From positions 1 through 60,962 of IMG/VR virus record IMGVR_UViG_3300045922_000164: a DNA stretch of 60,962 nucleotides. One strand, 5' to 3'. How positions within the stretch are numbered: position 1 is the stretch's first letter; every line of letters starts with the position of its first letter. The DNA is from a virus. Taxonomy: Duplodnaviria; Caudoviricetes. Under the pieces are notes generated by a model. It saw nothing but the letters and a program-made list of their open reading frames with translations. It did no database searches and was not told the DNA's origin. This document shows, in pieces, positions 9,478-18,766 of the stretch. Position numbers and translations under genes: made by a program.

Positions 9478-10389
9478 TCAGTCGTGGGTAGTTGACCCCT
9501 CAAGGTACCTCTTCTGCTGCTCCGGCGTCATCCTTGCGATCGCCCGCTCCAACTCCAGCCCAGACAGCCCCTCCAGGAATGCGAACTCCGCGTCATCCGA
9601 CTCGGTGTCTGCGGCAGCGGGGGCGCGCGCCAGGTTCTTGACGTTCGCTTTGACCTCGCGGGCGCGGACGGCATTCCTGATCGATTCCGGGTCAGGCTGG
9701 GGAGCCTTCTGTTTCCGCTCGATCAGGCCGGCAATCTGCCGCACCTCGTCCATCGCCAGCTTGTGGCTCTCCGAAAGGAACCACTGGTACGACTTGTTGG
9801 AGTGCTCCGGCATCGCAGCGAGAGCCTTCATTTTCTGGTCCCAGATCCCCAGAAGGACCGGGTTGCTGTCGTAGTCGATGCCCTCGTTCTCGCGGACATT
9901 GCGCTTGAACTCCTCCAGCATCGCTGCCGCGCTCGCCGCCGCCAGACTGCGGTTGTAGGACTCGGTGAGAATCTGCCGGTCGTAGCGCCGGTCGAGCAGG
10001 GAGATCTTCTCGTTGATCTGGTCGAGCTGTTCGTCGTACTCGTCAGCCCCAATCTCACCTTCGCGATATCTCTGCCGGATGCGCTTGCGCTCTTCGAGGA
10101 GTGCGGAACGCTCGCTCTCGTAGTCCTCGATGCGGTCTTGATCTGGGGGAGAAAGCTGCGGGATGACAGGCATCTTTGCCTGGATTGCAGGCTCCTCCTC
10201 ATCTTTTTCTTCTGCCTTCTCTTCGGCCTTCTCTTCAGCCTTCGGCTCCTCCTTCTCCTCCGGCTCCTCATCCGGCTCATCTTCGCCGGCCACCTTCTTG
10301 AGGAGGTCAATCTCCTCGTCCTCGTCTTTCAGGGACTCGATCTCTTCCTTGCTCAGACCTTCGAGGTCTTTCTCGTTCATGTCACTCAT
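9478..10389 (-). CDS. Capsid scaffolding protein
   Basis: Highly acidic, helical, upstream of the MCP. Confidence 0.75.
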   Translation of the reverse strand: MSDMNEKDLEGLSKEEIESLKDEDEEIDLLKKVAGEDEPDEEPEEKEEPKAEEKAEEKAEEKDEEEPAIQAKMPVIPQLSPPDQDRIEDYESERSALLEERKRIRQRYREGEIGADEYDEQLDQINEKISLLDRRYDRQILTESYNRSLAAASAAAMLEEFKRNVRENEGIDYDSNPVLLGIWDQKMKALAAMPEHSNKSYQWFLSESHKLAMDEVRQIAGLIERKQKAPQPDPESIRNAVRAREVKANVKNLARAPAAADTESDDAEFAFLEGLSGLELERAIARMTPEQQKRYLEGSTTHD

Positions 10390-10574
10390 TGAGCCTCCTC
10401 TCCGACGACTTTCGCCAGATTCATCAGTTTGGATTTCGCGTACTCTTGGGCTGCCTTCAGACGCTTCGGATCCTTCTTGATCTGCTCAGCAGTCATCAGG
10501 GTGTCGCAGTCCATTGCGGCCTGCCAGTCGTACTTCATTGACTTCTCTGAGTCGTTCCTTGTCAGTCTTGCCAT
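10386..10574 (-). CDS. 62-aa hypothetical head-cluster protein
   Basis: ATG at 10574 with AGGA RBS; D..TL..AE.IKKDPKRLKAA motif. Confidence 0.7.
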   Translation of the reverse strand: MARLTRNDSEKSMKYDWQAAMDCDTLMTAEQIKKDPKRLKAAQEYAKSKLMNLAKVVGEEAQ

Positions 10575-10581
10575 GCTGTTC

Positions 10582-10750
10582 CTGCTATCAAAAACGTGCG
10601 CAATCATGCGCACCGTTCTCTTCCTGCCCCGACGCGTCCTGCTGACCGCATTCGTATCTGACAGGCGTGACTTTCCCGACTACGATGGGAACCATTCCCA
10701 CCGCAGTGCCGCCGTTGCCGGACGGGCTCGCCACGGGTAGGGCAGTTGCG
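10582..10750 (-). ncRNA. Probable TnpB omega/reRNA scaffold overlapping the tnpB 3' end
   Basis: Known TnpB architecture; hairpin GTGCGCA-tgat-TGCGCAC near the right end; boundaries approximate. Confidence 0.55.
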
Positions 10751-11928
10751 GTTGCCAGCCGTTTGAGATTGAGCGCTGCATTCACGTCCCTGTCGTGGTG
10801 TGCCCCACATTGCAGACACGTCCAGCTCCGATCCTTGAGCGCGAGCGCCTCGTTCTTCCAGCCGCAGACTGAACAGAGGCGGCTACTTGGGTACCAGCGA
10901 TCGGCAATGATCAGCCGGGTGCCGTAGCGTTTCGCCTTGCATTCGATCTGCCTGCGAAATATACCAAAGCCCACGTCGCTGATGGCACGGGCCAGTCTGT
11001 CGTTGGCCAGCATGCCCTTGACGCGCAAGTCCTCGATCACCACCGCTTGGTTTTCACGGCAAAGACGGGTCGTGAGCTTGTGGGTGAAATCCGCTCTGAC
11101 ATTGGCAATACGGGCGTGCAGCCTTGCCAATGCCGCAGAGGACTTCCTGCGGTTGTTGGAGACTGGAAGGCGGGTGCCTTTGGGTAGCCTGGCTTGCGGC
11201 GCGAATCCAGCGGCAGCCTTGGCGGCTTCGATCTTGCGACTTACGCGCCGGCTACGGATTCTCAACCGGCGCAACGCCGCTTTGAGCGGCGCGGGCGCTT
11301 CGATGCCTTCGCCGCTCGAAATGGTCGCTGCTGCTTTGACGCCAAGATCGACGCCGACGACGCCGTTTCCGGTGCGAGGGCGATGGAAGACGCGATCTGG
11401 AACTTCAACCTGAATCGCTACAAACCAACGGTCCGCAGTGCGTGATACCGTTGCACCGAGAATCTTGCCATCGAAGCGCAGCGCTTCGGTCATGGCGACT
11501 TCACCCACCTTGGGCAGACGAATCGTTTTGCCGTTGGCCCGAAACCTGTCGTTGGAAACGTAGAATCTGTCACGACAGCGGCCCTTCTTCTTAAATTGCG
11601 GCTCATGCGCAGGTTTCCCCGCCTTGATGTCAGCGAAGAAACGATTCCATGCCTTTTCAAGATTCGCAAAGGGCTGTGCGTGGGCGTCCCGATGGATGGT
11701 CTTGAGCCACGGCTGCCCGTTTGCATCCAGCCATTCAGGATCGCGGTACTTGATGGCGTTGAACTGCTTTTTGAGCGCCATCGCGTGGGGCTTTCGCCCG
11801 GCCGCGTACTGCCGCTTCCATTCCGCAAGCGCCCAGTTCCACACCCGCCGCGCGGTGCCGCAGGCGCGGCCGAGATACTCGGCCTGTTCTGGGGTTGGGC
11901 AGAGGGCAATCTTGTGGGTCAGTTGCAT
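10588..11928 (-). CDS. tnpB: RNA-guided endonuclease TnpB
   Basis: N-terminal HTH; RuvC GVDLG / VIEDL / DRDVNAA acidic triad intact; CSVC..CLQC zinc finger. Confidence 0.95.
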   Translation of the reverse strand: MQLTHKIALCPTPEQAEYLGRACGTARRVWNWALAEWKRQYAAGRKPHAMALKKQFNAIKYRDPEWLDANGQPWLKTIHRDAHAQPFANLEKAWNRFFADIKAGKPAHEPQFKKKGRCRDRFYVSNDRFRANGKTIRLPKVGEVAMTEALRFDGKILGATVSRTADRWFVAIQVEVPDRVFHRPRTGNGVVGVDLGVKAAATISSGEGIEAPAPLKAALRRLRIRSRRVSRKIEAAKAAAGFAPQARLPKGTRLPVSNNRRKSSAALARLHARIANVRADFTHKLTTRLCRENQAVVIEDLRVKGMLANDRLARAISDVGFGIFRRQIECKAKRYGTRLIIADRWYPSSRLCSVCGWKNEALALKDRSWTCLQCGAHHDRDVNAALNLKRLATATALPVASPSGNGGTAVGMVPIVVGKVTPVRYECGQQDASGQEENGAHDCARF

Positions 11929-11947
11929 GGTTTTATGCAAGCTGGCT

Positions 11948-13132
11948 TCAGTCCATTGCGAGGGCGACGATTGTCGCGAGATCGTACTCCGAAATCCCGT
12001 ATTCGGCGAGGAAGCCGTCCACGTATTCGGCCCCTACCTTGTCCCGGATTCCAACAGACTCGGAGATCCGGGCGTGGTAAACGTTCCCGGTCGGTTGTGC
12101 CTTGGGTTGGGCGGCAGGCGGAAGCGTGATGACGACGGGCTTCCTCTCAGCCTGTTTCCTCTCAGCCGGCTTCACTTCAGCCGGCTTCCTCCTCTTCCTG
12201 GATTCCAGAAGCTCGTAGAGCTGCCGGACGTACTTCTCTGTGACCTTCCCTCCGTAGTATCTCGACTCGGACGGGTAGGAGGAGAGATCGAGGATCCCGG
12301 AGGACTCGGCGACCGAGACGTTGGCGATCAGTTGCGCGCCAACGAGGTCGGCGACCGATGCGGCCTCGGAGACAGCCCTATCGTTGTCACTGACGTAGGT
12401 CGCGTCCTGGGAGTCCGATGCGGACGCCGACTCCTGAATGACCGCACCGGATGCTAATGCCGCATTCTGGGTATCCAAAACGGATGATGACTCCTGGACC
12501 GACGCCCCTACTGTTGCTGAGGCTGCCGCCGAATCTTGCGGTGCAGAAGTCTCGGCAACGGAAGCCTGAAATACCGCTGTCGCCGACTGACTGTCAGAGA
12601 TCGAAGCCTGCTCGGATACTGAGTCCTGTAGCCCACTTGGAGCGTCCGTGCTCTCTGAGATGGATGCGGTCTCGGAGACGGAAGCCTCCGTGACCAAGCT
12701 CGAAGACTGCTGGTCTGCTGAGGAAACAGATTCCGCAACCGAGGAGGACGTTGTCGCTTGCGCGCTCTGGGCGTCAGCGACCGATGCGGACTCGGATACG
12801 GAACCGGAGGCCGCCTGAGCGGAATCCTGAGCCTCCGAGACGGAAACCTGCTCCGATACCGACGCCTGAAGGACGGAGGCGGCCGTCTGGCTGTCGGAGG
12901 GAGAAACCTGCTCGGATACCGCCGACTGGAAGACTGCGGACGAAGACTGTGAGTCCGCTACCGCAGCAGCCTCAGCGATCGACGCGTTCGCGAGAAGCTG
13001 CGCCGAAAGCGATTCGAGCGCGCTCGCGCTCTCCTGAACGACTCCGGAGAGGGCGGAAACGCGCCCGAATGGGGCAACCCGCCTCCTCTTCGGACGCGGG
13101 AATAGAGGCGGCGGCCGCCTAAACAGCGGCAT
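11948..13132 (-). CDS. Ser/Ala-rich virion protein with ~20-aa repeats
   Basis: Periodic SV.E.AS.SD.Q repeats, about a dozen copies. Confidence 0.75.
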   Translation of the reverse strand: MPLFRRPPPLFPRPKRRRVAPFGRVSALSGVVQESASALESLSAQLLANASIAEAAAVADSQSSSAVFQSAVSEQVSPSDSQTAASVLQASVSEQVSVSEAQDSAQAASGSVSESASVADAQSAQATTSSSVAESVSSADQQSSSLVTEASVSETASISESTDAPSGLQDSVSEQASISDSQSATAVFQASVAETSAPQDSAAASATVGASVQESSSVLDTQNAALASGAVIQESASASDSQDATYVSDNDRAVSEAASVADLVGAQLIANVSVAESSGILDLSSYPSESRYYGGKVTEKYVRQLYELLESRKRRKPAEVKPAERKQAERKPVVITLPPAAQPKAQPTGNVYHARISESVGIRDKVGAEYVDGFLAEYGISEYDLATIVALAMD

Positions 13133-13135
13133 CGA

Positions 13136-13612
13136 TCACTCGCGTTCGAGGACCCAAAGTGTGCCGCTCAGCAGCAGTGCGTCCGCCGGGGCCTCTACAA
13201 GCTCTACGGTCGCTCTGCGCCCTGCGGGCAGCACGATTTGCTGAAGGTCAGAAAACACCTTGTCGAACCCAGCCCTTGGGTTGAACGCACCGGTCCAGTG
13301 GACGACGATGGTGCCGCCGCTGGCTTGGGTCGTGTCGTTGACGCGAGCAGTGAAGCTCGCTGCGCCCCCACCTCCAGTAGTGTTGACTGGGGTGGCGGAC
13401 CCTCCACCACTACCTGCTGTCGTCTGGCCGCTGCGGATTCTCAGCCGCAAAAGTTCTTCCTGAGCGTCGCCAGCGTCAGCCGTGCCGCCTCCGACACCGA
13501 GTTCAAAGCCAAGCAGAACGATTGCAGTGTTACTGGGTGCGACGACAGCGAAAAGGTCCTGCGCGGCCGAGACAGATACGCCATCGAAGCTGACTGTGTA
13601 GATGCCTGCCAT
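13136..13612 (-). CDS. Putative virion structural protein
   Basis: 158 aa Gly/Ala/Thr-rich, AGGAG RBS. Confidence 0.7.
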   Translation of the reverse strand: MAGIYTVSFDGVSVSAAQDLFAVVAPSNTAIVLLGFELGVGGGTADAGDAQEELLRLRIRSGQTTAGSGGGSATPVNTTGGGGAASFTARVNDTTQASGGTIVVHWTGAFNPRAGFDKVFSDLQQIVLPAGRRATVELVEAPADALLLSGTLWVLERE

Positions 13613-13621
13613 GACTCTCTC

Positions 13622-15607
13622 CTAAAAGTGCGAAAGCACGCCCATTGTAGGTTTCCTTCGGCGCGGGAATAGTGATCTGGGCGTTGGTGCGCCGAGCGTC
13701 AGTCTCGGCTGCTGCGTATAGCTGTCCAACGGGTTCGCGCCAGCGTAAACACGGAAGTCCCAGTAATCACCGTTGGCCGCCGGAGACTGTGTTTTCAGTG
13801 CCCACTCGACCTCCGTGTTCTGATCGGCCCCAAGGTCGAGCGAATCAGAGCCATTCTCGTCATCCCACCGGCGCCCGGTCAGAAACGTGCCGGTGCCGCC
13901 CGTCAAGCGTTGCGTCGTAGCCTCCCCGCCCGACGCAATGTTGGCGCTCGGAGCGACGTACAACTGGTTGACGACCTCCGGCACGCGCGAACGCATGACG
14001 AGGAACGCTGTCGGGCCTGAACCTGACGCGCTGATCGTGTAGGAATAGGTTGGCGCAACCGTGCCGCTGCCGCTACTGACAGGCACCGTATCGACGATGT
14101 GTCGGTGGTCGTTGCCGTTCGTGACCGCTGTGCTTGCTCGGTTCGTTAGCGTGCCGAACGTGATACCGCTTGCGGTGATGGACTTGTTGCTTTGCGTTCC
14201 TGAGTCGATGTTTTGCGCCACCGCGATCAGAACCAGCCTGTTGCTATCGAGCGTCACAGATGTTGTTGCTGTCGCGCTGTAGCTCGTATCGTTTGAGGTG
14301 TCCGCGCCGGTAGCAAGTTCCACGTCAAGCTCAGCACCAGCCGCAACCTCGATGCGGTGAATGGTGGCGCGCAGCGTGTTGTTGGTGTCCCCGGACAGGC
14401 TGACGGTGACGGTGCCGGTTTCCGATCCTGTCGTCACGTCCTTGATGAAGATGTCCACGCGCCGGGTGCCGGTATCGACACCCCAGGTGCCTGTTCCGCC
14501 CTCCAGTCCGCCGATGCGCGTCCACCCTGACGGCATGGTCGGCACGGTGTTGGCGGTGCTGCTGCGGCCGGTGACGACACAGATCAGCTTGGACGTACTC
14601 GCACTGATTCCTGACGGGTATGAAGGCGTGCAGCTTGTCGTACCGCTCGATCCGGTGCCGACGGCACCATAGGTCGGCTGCGACAGTTGCTCTGGCACAT
14701 TGGCTCCAACCGGCACAGCCACGTAACCGCCCGCACCGTTCTTCTGCGCACGCAGAGTCGGAGCGAACGATGCCGGATCACCGGAGGCTTGCAGCAGAAA
14801 GCGCAGCAGCACGGTGTCGCCGAGCGCTGCGTTGATGTTGGTGTTCTGCGCGGCCAGCCAGCCGTGCGTGGATTCAGAGCCGTCGTCTACGCCGAAGCGG
14901 AAGGCAGCCTGATTGACGGTCGCACTGGGTCCGCTGCTGAACGTGAAGACAAGCAGCGCAGCAGCCAAACCGTTGTTGCTAGTTATTCCAGCCGTGAAGC
15001 TCGCCGTGGTCGTCTTTGTCCCGGCGGCAGTCTCCTTCAGATGGCCTACCGCATGGCCGCGCCCATTTGCGCCAGCTTGCAACGTAGCATTGAGCGTGAG
15101 ATTGCTGTTCGCCCACGACCACGTAAAGTTGTCATCTTGGCCGCCCTGTTTCCAACCGACACACCCAATGAGTAGCTGGTCGCCAGCAGGAATGCTGCTT
15201 GTTGTTCCAGAGCTGATCGATGTGGCGTCGGCTGTGGCGCCGTTGTCGTTGCTGACTGCTGCCTCGAACGTCCATGTGCCTGATGCGTCGGCAGCGAACT
15301 CGGAGATCAGCAAAGCCTTCGTGTTGGACGTGCCGTCATCGACCTGTACGTTGGTCGGCTCGTTCGCGCCCGCGATCTTCGTCCAGACGACGAAGGTGCG
15401 ACGATAAGTAGTGTCTCCCTGGAGAATCGTGCGCGCTACACGCTGCGTCCAGCCGCTGCCGCTGATCGTGAAGTTCGCTGCGCTACCACCACTGCGGTCC
15501 GATGCCTGCGCGACAAGCAGGTTGCCCTCGATAGGCGTCGAGGCAAAGGTCGCACTTGCAGGATCACCCTGGTTGCTCGCTGACTGGACGTGGGAAAAGT
15601 TCGCCAT
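13622..15607 (-). CDS. Large Ser/Thr/Gly-rich virion surface protein (head fibre/decoration-like)
   Basis: 661 aa beta-sandwich-like repeats (PSGWTRI motif). Confidence 0.7.
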   Translation of the reverse strand: MANFSHVQSASNQGDPASATFASTPIEGNLLVAQASDRSGGSAANFTISGSGWTQRVARTILQGDTTYRRTFVVWTKIAGANEPTNVQVDDGTSNTKALLISEFAADASGTWTFEAAVSNDNGATADATSISSGTTSSIPAGDQLLIGCVGWKQGGQDDNFTWSWANSNLTLNATLQAGANGRGHAVGHLKETAAGTKTTTASFTAGITSNNGLAAALLVFTFSSGPSATVNQAAFRFGVDDGSESTHGWLAAQNTNINAALGDTVLLRFLLQASGDPASFAPTLRAQKNGAGGYVAVPVGANVPEQLSQPTYGAVGTGSSGTTSCTPSYPSGISASTSKLICVVTGRSSTANTVPTMPSGWTRIGGLEGGTGTWGVDTGTRRVDIFIKDVTTGSETGTVTVSLSGDTNNTLRATIHRIEVAAGAELDVELATGADTSNDTSYSATATTSVTLDSNRLVLIAVAQNIDSGTQSNKSITASGITFGTLTNRASTAVTNGNDHRHIVDTVPVSSGSGTVAPTYSYTISASGSGPTAFLVMRSRVPEVVNQLYVAPSANIASGGEATTQRLTGGTGTFLTGRRWDDENGSDSLDLGADQNTEVEWALKTQSPAANGDYWDFRVYAGANPLDSYTQQPRLTLGAPTPRSLFPRRRKPTMGVLSHF

Positions 15608-16459
15608 CTACAACTGCTCGCCCAGTGTTGCCTTGTTCGAGTTGAACCAGGTCGCAGTCTTTCCGGTGACGGAATCAGTGAGATCATCAACGCTGGTGAA
15701 GCCCGGCTTGAACCACCATCGAGCAGCCTGACCAGCGGACGTGACGATCTGATTCATGTTGGCCGCTTCGGACTGAATGTCTGTAAGCGATAGTTCAGCG
15801 TTGAAAATTTTCACCTGGCCAAGTGAGCCGCTGAGACGTTCGCTGCTGATGTTCCACGGTGCATCACCGAATACAAGTGCAGGTGTGCGAGATGATCCAC
15901 CATTCGGCGCGAACTGGTCGGCGCTGCCGTTGGGGCACTGATAAGTGATGACCCTGTTTGTGCTGACGGTCAGATTCCAGTAGAACGTGATGTGCGCAGC
16001 ATTGGTTGGCACACGCTTGGCCACACAGGCTTGCGTGTACCACTGTCCTTTCGTGACTACGGTCGAATTGCCGTTGTCGTCCGTGATGTCATCCTGTCCA
16101 TCGGTTGAAATCTCCCAATTGTGCGTAGTGCCACTTTCTCCACCAGGCGGATAGGGGTGGCAACCGTAATACGTTGTGTCGGCAGAAAATGCGTTGTCGT
16201 TCCAAGCGTGAAAGAAAGTCGTGTAATAGCCAGTTTGCTGAACCGGCTTGTAGCGCCAGATAATCGTCGCTGGTGTAGCCGGCACTAAGTTCGACCCGGT
16301 GAACTGAAATGCAACGATAGTGCTTTGAGGATTCTGTCCGTTGCTCGGGAATACAAGCGCATTCCCTGCGGTGCCTCCAGACGTGCGCACCTTCGCGCTG
16401 CTGACAGCGCCACGCCGCACGATTACTGTGCTGCGTCGGTAGTCTGCGCGCTTAACCAC
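15608..16459 (-). CDS. LamG/concanavalin-A-like domain protein
   Basis: GQWYTQACV...LSGSLGQVKIFNAELSLTDIQ LamG-like ending; GTG start after GGAGG. Confidence 0.65.
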   Translation of the reverse strand: MVKRADYRRSTVIVRRGAVSSAKVRTSGGTAGNALVFPSNGQNPQSTIVAFQFTGSNLVPATPATIIWRYKPVQQTGYYTTFFHAWNDNAFSADTTYYGCHPYPPGGESGTTHNWEISTDGQDDITDDNGNSTVVTKGQWYTQACVAKRVPTNAAHITFYWNLTVSTNRVITYQCPNGSADQFAPNGGSSRTPALVFGDAPWNISSERLSGSLGQVKIFNAELSLTDIQSEAANMNQIVTSAGQAARWWFKPGFTSVDDLTDSVTGKTATWFNSNKATLGEQL

Positions 16460-16605
16460 GCCTCCACCTCGTCCATGAGTTGGCCGAACCGAATGGTGTA
16501 CAGGTAGTATTCCCCGACGGGAGCTTTGGCGCGCGCCCTCCACGCATCGAGCACGCGCTTGAGCACGTCGAGCGGATCGTCACCCGGATCGAGCAGCATG
16601 TTCAA
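16423..16605 (-). CDS. Small hypothetical protein
   Basis: ORF track; fills the operon gap. Confidence 0.5.
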   Translation of the reverse strand: MNMLLDPGDDPLDVLKRVLDAWRARAKAPVGEYYLYTIRFGQLMDEVEAWLSAQTTDAAQ

Positions 16606-16834
16606 GCATCGCCATCAATCTCGCGTTCTTCTCGACAGCGTCTGCCAGAGCGCGATCACGATCCTGCGCGTACCGGACAAGCTCCTCGATGATCTGAGCA
16701 AGCCTCAGTGTCGCTCTTCGCTCGTAGATGTTCTTCCTCTGGCCAGCACTCCGGCGGATCGATTGCGCCTCAGCGAGCGCAGTCTCGATCAGGCTACGCA
16801 CGCTCAGTTGCGCTTCGTGCAGATCGCCATCCAT
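16580..16834 (-). CDS. Hypothetical coiled-coil protein
   Basis: ATG at 16834 within ORF 16580-16900. Confidence 0.5.
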   Translation of the reverse strand: MDGDLHEAQLSVRSLIETALAEAQSIRRSAGQRKNIYERRATLRLAQIIEELVRYAQDRDRALADAVEKNARLMAMLEHAARSG

Positions 16835-17406
16835 GTCCGCTCTTTGTTGACCGCGCAGTAGACAGTCGAGCCCACCACGTCGCGCGTGTCGCAGTAGCAC
16901 AAAGCATCCACTGTGGCGCGAGCAGTAGGTGTGGTGGCGCGCTTGCCGTCCTTGTAGGCGTACGCTGGACGTGTCGTGTACCCTGGATTAGGGGCGACCC
17001 TCCACGTCGGTTCCGGCGGCATCGATGCCATTAGGGCATCGTAAACGGCTTTGTACGTAGGCCACTGGTCATAAGGAATGATGGTACGTCCTTGTGCGTC
17101 TTTCTCAAACTTCTTGGTCGCGTACTTCTTGTGTGCCTCCGCCCAGTCTTCCGGCGTTCCTTTAGCCAGCAAATACGCGATGTTCTCCCAGTCAGGCACG
17201 AAGTCCGACAGGAGACCGCTGTAAATGACAGCTCTCGCTGGTTCGTACGGGCTCGGACACCACCATCCAAAAGCTCGCGCCTTGTCGTCGCTCTTGATGG
17301 TGAACCCTGCGCCGCTGCCGAACGGCGCAGGAATGCACGCCGGCTGAGCGGCGACCGACAAAGGCAACGCGATCAGCGCGCTAAGCCACCACCGGACCCG
17401 TACCAC
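16804..17406 (-). CDS. Secreted/periplasmic hypothetical protein
   Basis: Signal-peptide-like RVRWWLSALIALPLSVAA; GTG start after GGAGG. Confidence 0.6.
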   Translation of the reverse strand: MVRVRWWLSALIALPLSVAAQPACIPAPFGSGAGFTIKSDDKARAFGWWCPSPYEPARAVIYSGLLSDFVPDWENIAYLLAKGTPEDWAEAHKKYATKKFEKDAQGRTIIPYDQWPTYKAVYDALMASMPPEPTWRVAPNPGYTTRPAYAYKDGKRATTPTARATVDALCYCDTRDVVGSTVYCAVNKERTWMAICTKRN

Positions 17407-17761
17407 CTCCGCCTCCTTCGTCGAGCGGGTTGGCTGCAACCGCTTCCGCGAGTGAGTCGGTGTTGTCGCTGAGTTCTTGCGCGAGGTTGGCAAGCTCGTC
17501 AGCGACAGCCTGCCCTGCGGCAGCCTGCTGAGCAAGCTCCGCAATACGGGCCGCCATGTTCTCAATGAGAAGTTTGGCGCTCGCGGCCGCACCTTTGGCT
17601 TCTTCCACTTCTTGACGCATGCGCGCCATCGCTTGTTGGATGCTCATGATCTGCTCTCCTAATTTATCGACGCTCGACTTCAGACCGCTGACAGCAAGCA
17701 CAAGAGCGTCGAATTGTGCTTGCGTCGGTACATCAATCTCGTTGGTGACGAAGATCTTCAT
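17381..17761 (-). CDS. Coiled-coil hypothetical protein
   Basis: Heptad pattern ending in AVAANP. Confidence 0.65.
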   Translation of the reverse strand: MKIFVTNEIDVPTQAQFDALVLAVSGLKSSVDKLGEQIMSIQQAMARMRQEVEEAKGAAASAKLLIENMAARIAELAQQAAAGQAVADELANLAQELSDNTDSLAEAVAANPLDEGGGGGTGPVVA

Positions 17762-17966
17762 TGCGCCATCATCCTAGCCGGCTCCGGGAAGTAGAGGGCG
17801 CACGAGCGTGCGATCGACTCGTCGGTGATGACGTACATCGATGTGACGCCATGCACCGTCGCCCACCCAGGCAGTGGGGCGCGGCAGACCACCACACCAT
17901 CTTCCTCGGTGTGGTGCGTGCACTCAGAGCACCGCACTCAGCAGCCCTTTTTGCCTTTTCCCTTTT

Positions 17967-18110
17967 TCATTTCTTCCTCTTCTCCTTGTCGGCAGCCACG
18001 AACTCCTTCGCCACAGAAACCGGCACAGGAGGCTTCTTCGCGCCCGGAGGCTTCCACCCGTGCGCGACAGCCCGCATGAGGCGGGCTTGCTTTTCACTCT
18101 TGGATGGCAT
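17967..18110 (-). CDS. 47-aa basic protein (MPSKSEKQARLMRAVAH...)
   Basis: Manually translated; TGATG coupling with the upstream gene. Confidence 0.6.
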   Translation of the reverse strand: MPSKSEKQARLMRAVAHGWKPPGAKKPPVPVSVAKEFVAADKEKRKK

Positions 18111-18766
18111 CAGGTCAGACTCAGACTGTAGGTGACGTTGAGTTGGTCGGTCGCTGCGACCGTCTTGTTGCCACCGGTGAAGTCTCCCGCGCTGACGAGA
18201 ACTCCAGTCGTGTCGTCAACGGTCGCGGAGCCGCCGTTGTTCAGGAAAGCCCCCGCGACGGTACCGCTAGAGGTGAACGTGAAGGTCACCGCTGCGGATG
18301 TCTGCTTCGTTCCACCGGATGCCGCCGAGAAGGAGGGAGTTTTCCGTCCTCCGGAGTACGCTGGCGCGTTCGCTCCACCGACTTCGTCCCATCCACCGTG
18401 GGACGCCTGCGTGTCGCCGGCTGCGGCGGAACCGGTTCCCTTCAGGCCGATCCGGCAGGTCTGCGTGTAGGAGGAGCCGGACAGGTACTTGTCGAGGATG
18501 TCGTTCTTGCCGACCGTCGTCACCAGGTTGTGGAATCGGTCGGTGGCGACGACGAACCGCGGGATTGATGCGAGTTCGCGCTCGATGCCCTCGTCGTACT
18601 TCTCCCGAAGTCGCTCGATGAGCTTCATCGCCTTGTCGAGATACTCCGGCAGGACTCGCGTCAGGGTGGCCGAGTAGAGGCCGAAGGTGATGAGACCGTC
18701 TGAAATTCCGCGCGAGACGACCAGGGAGGCGCTCGCCGCGTCCTTCGCGTTCACGTTGTCATTCAT
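18110..18766 (-). CDS. Putative virion structural protein
   Basis: HNLVTTVGKN...FTFTSSGTVAG...LNVTYSL pattern; AGGAG RBS at ATG 18766. Confidence 0.7.
   Translation of the reverse strand: MNDNVNAKDAASASLVVSRGISDGLITFGLYSATLTRVLPEYLDKAMKLIERLREKYDEGIERELASIPRFVVATDRFHNLVTTVGKNDILDKYLSGSSYTQTCRIGLKGTGSAAAGDTQASHGGWDEVGGANAPAYSGGRKTPSFSAASGGTKQTSAAVTFTFTSSGTVAGAFLNNGGSATVDDTTGVLVSAGDFTGGNKTVAATDQLNVTYSLSLT

Larger units (their letters stand above)
10582..11945 (-). mobile_element. Non-autonomous TnpB-only IS200/IS605/IS607-superfamily element
   Basis: tnpB with no tnpA, inserted between two head-operon genes; ends inferred (right end ...TTTTTGATAGCAG). Confidence 0.7.

Noticed and set aside
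18070-18095. Terminator-like hairpin GCCCGC-atgag-GCGGGC with T-rich tail
   Set aside because: Lies inside the 47-aa minus-strand gene and its T-tail is on the non-coding strand; role unsupported.
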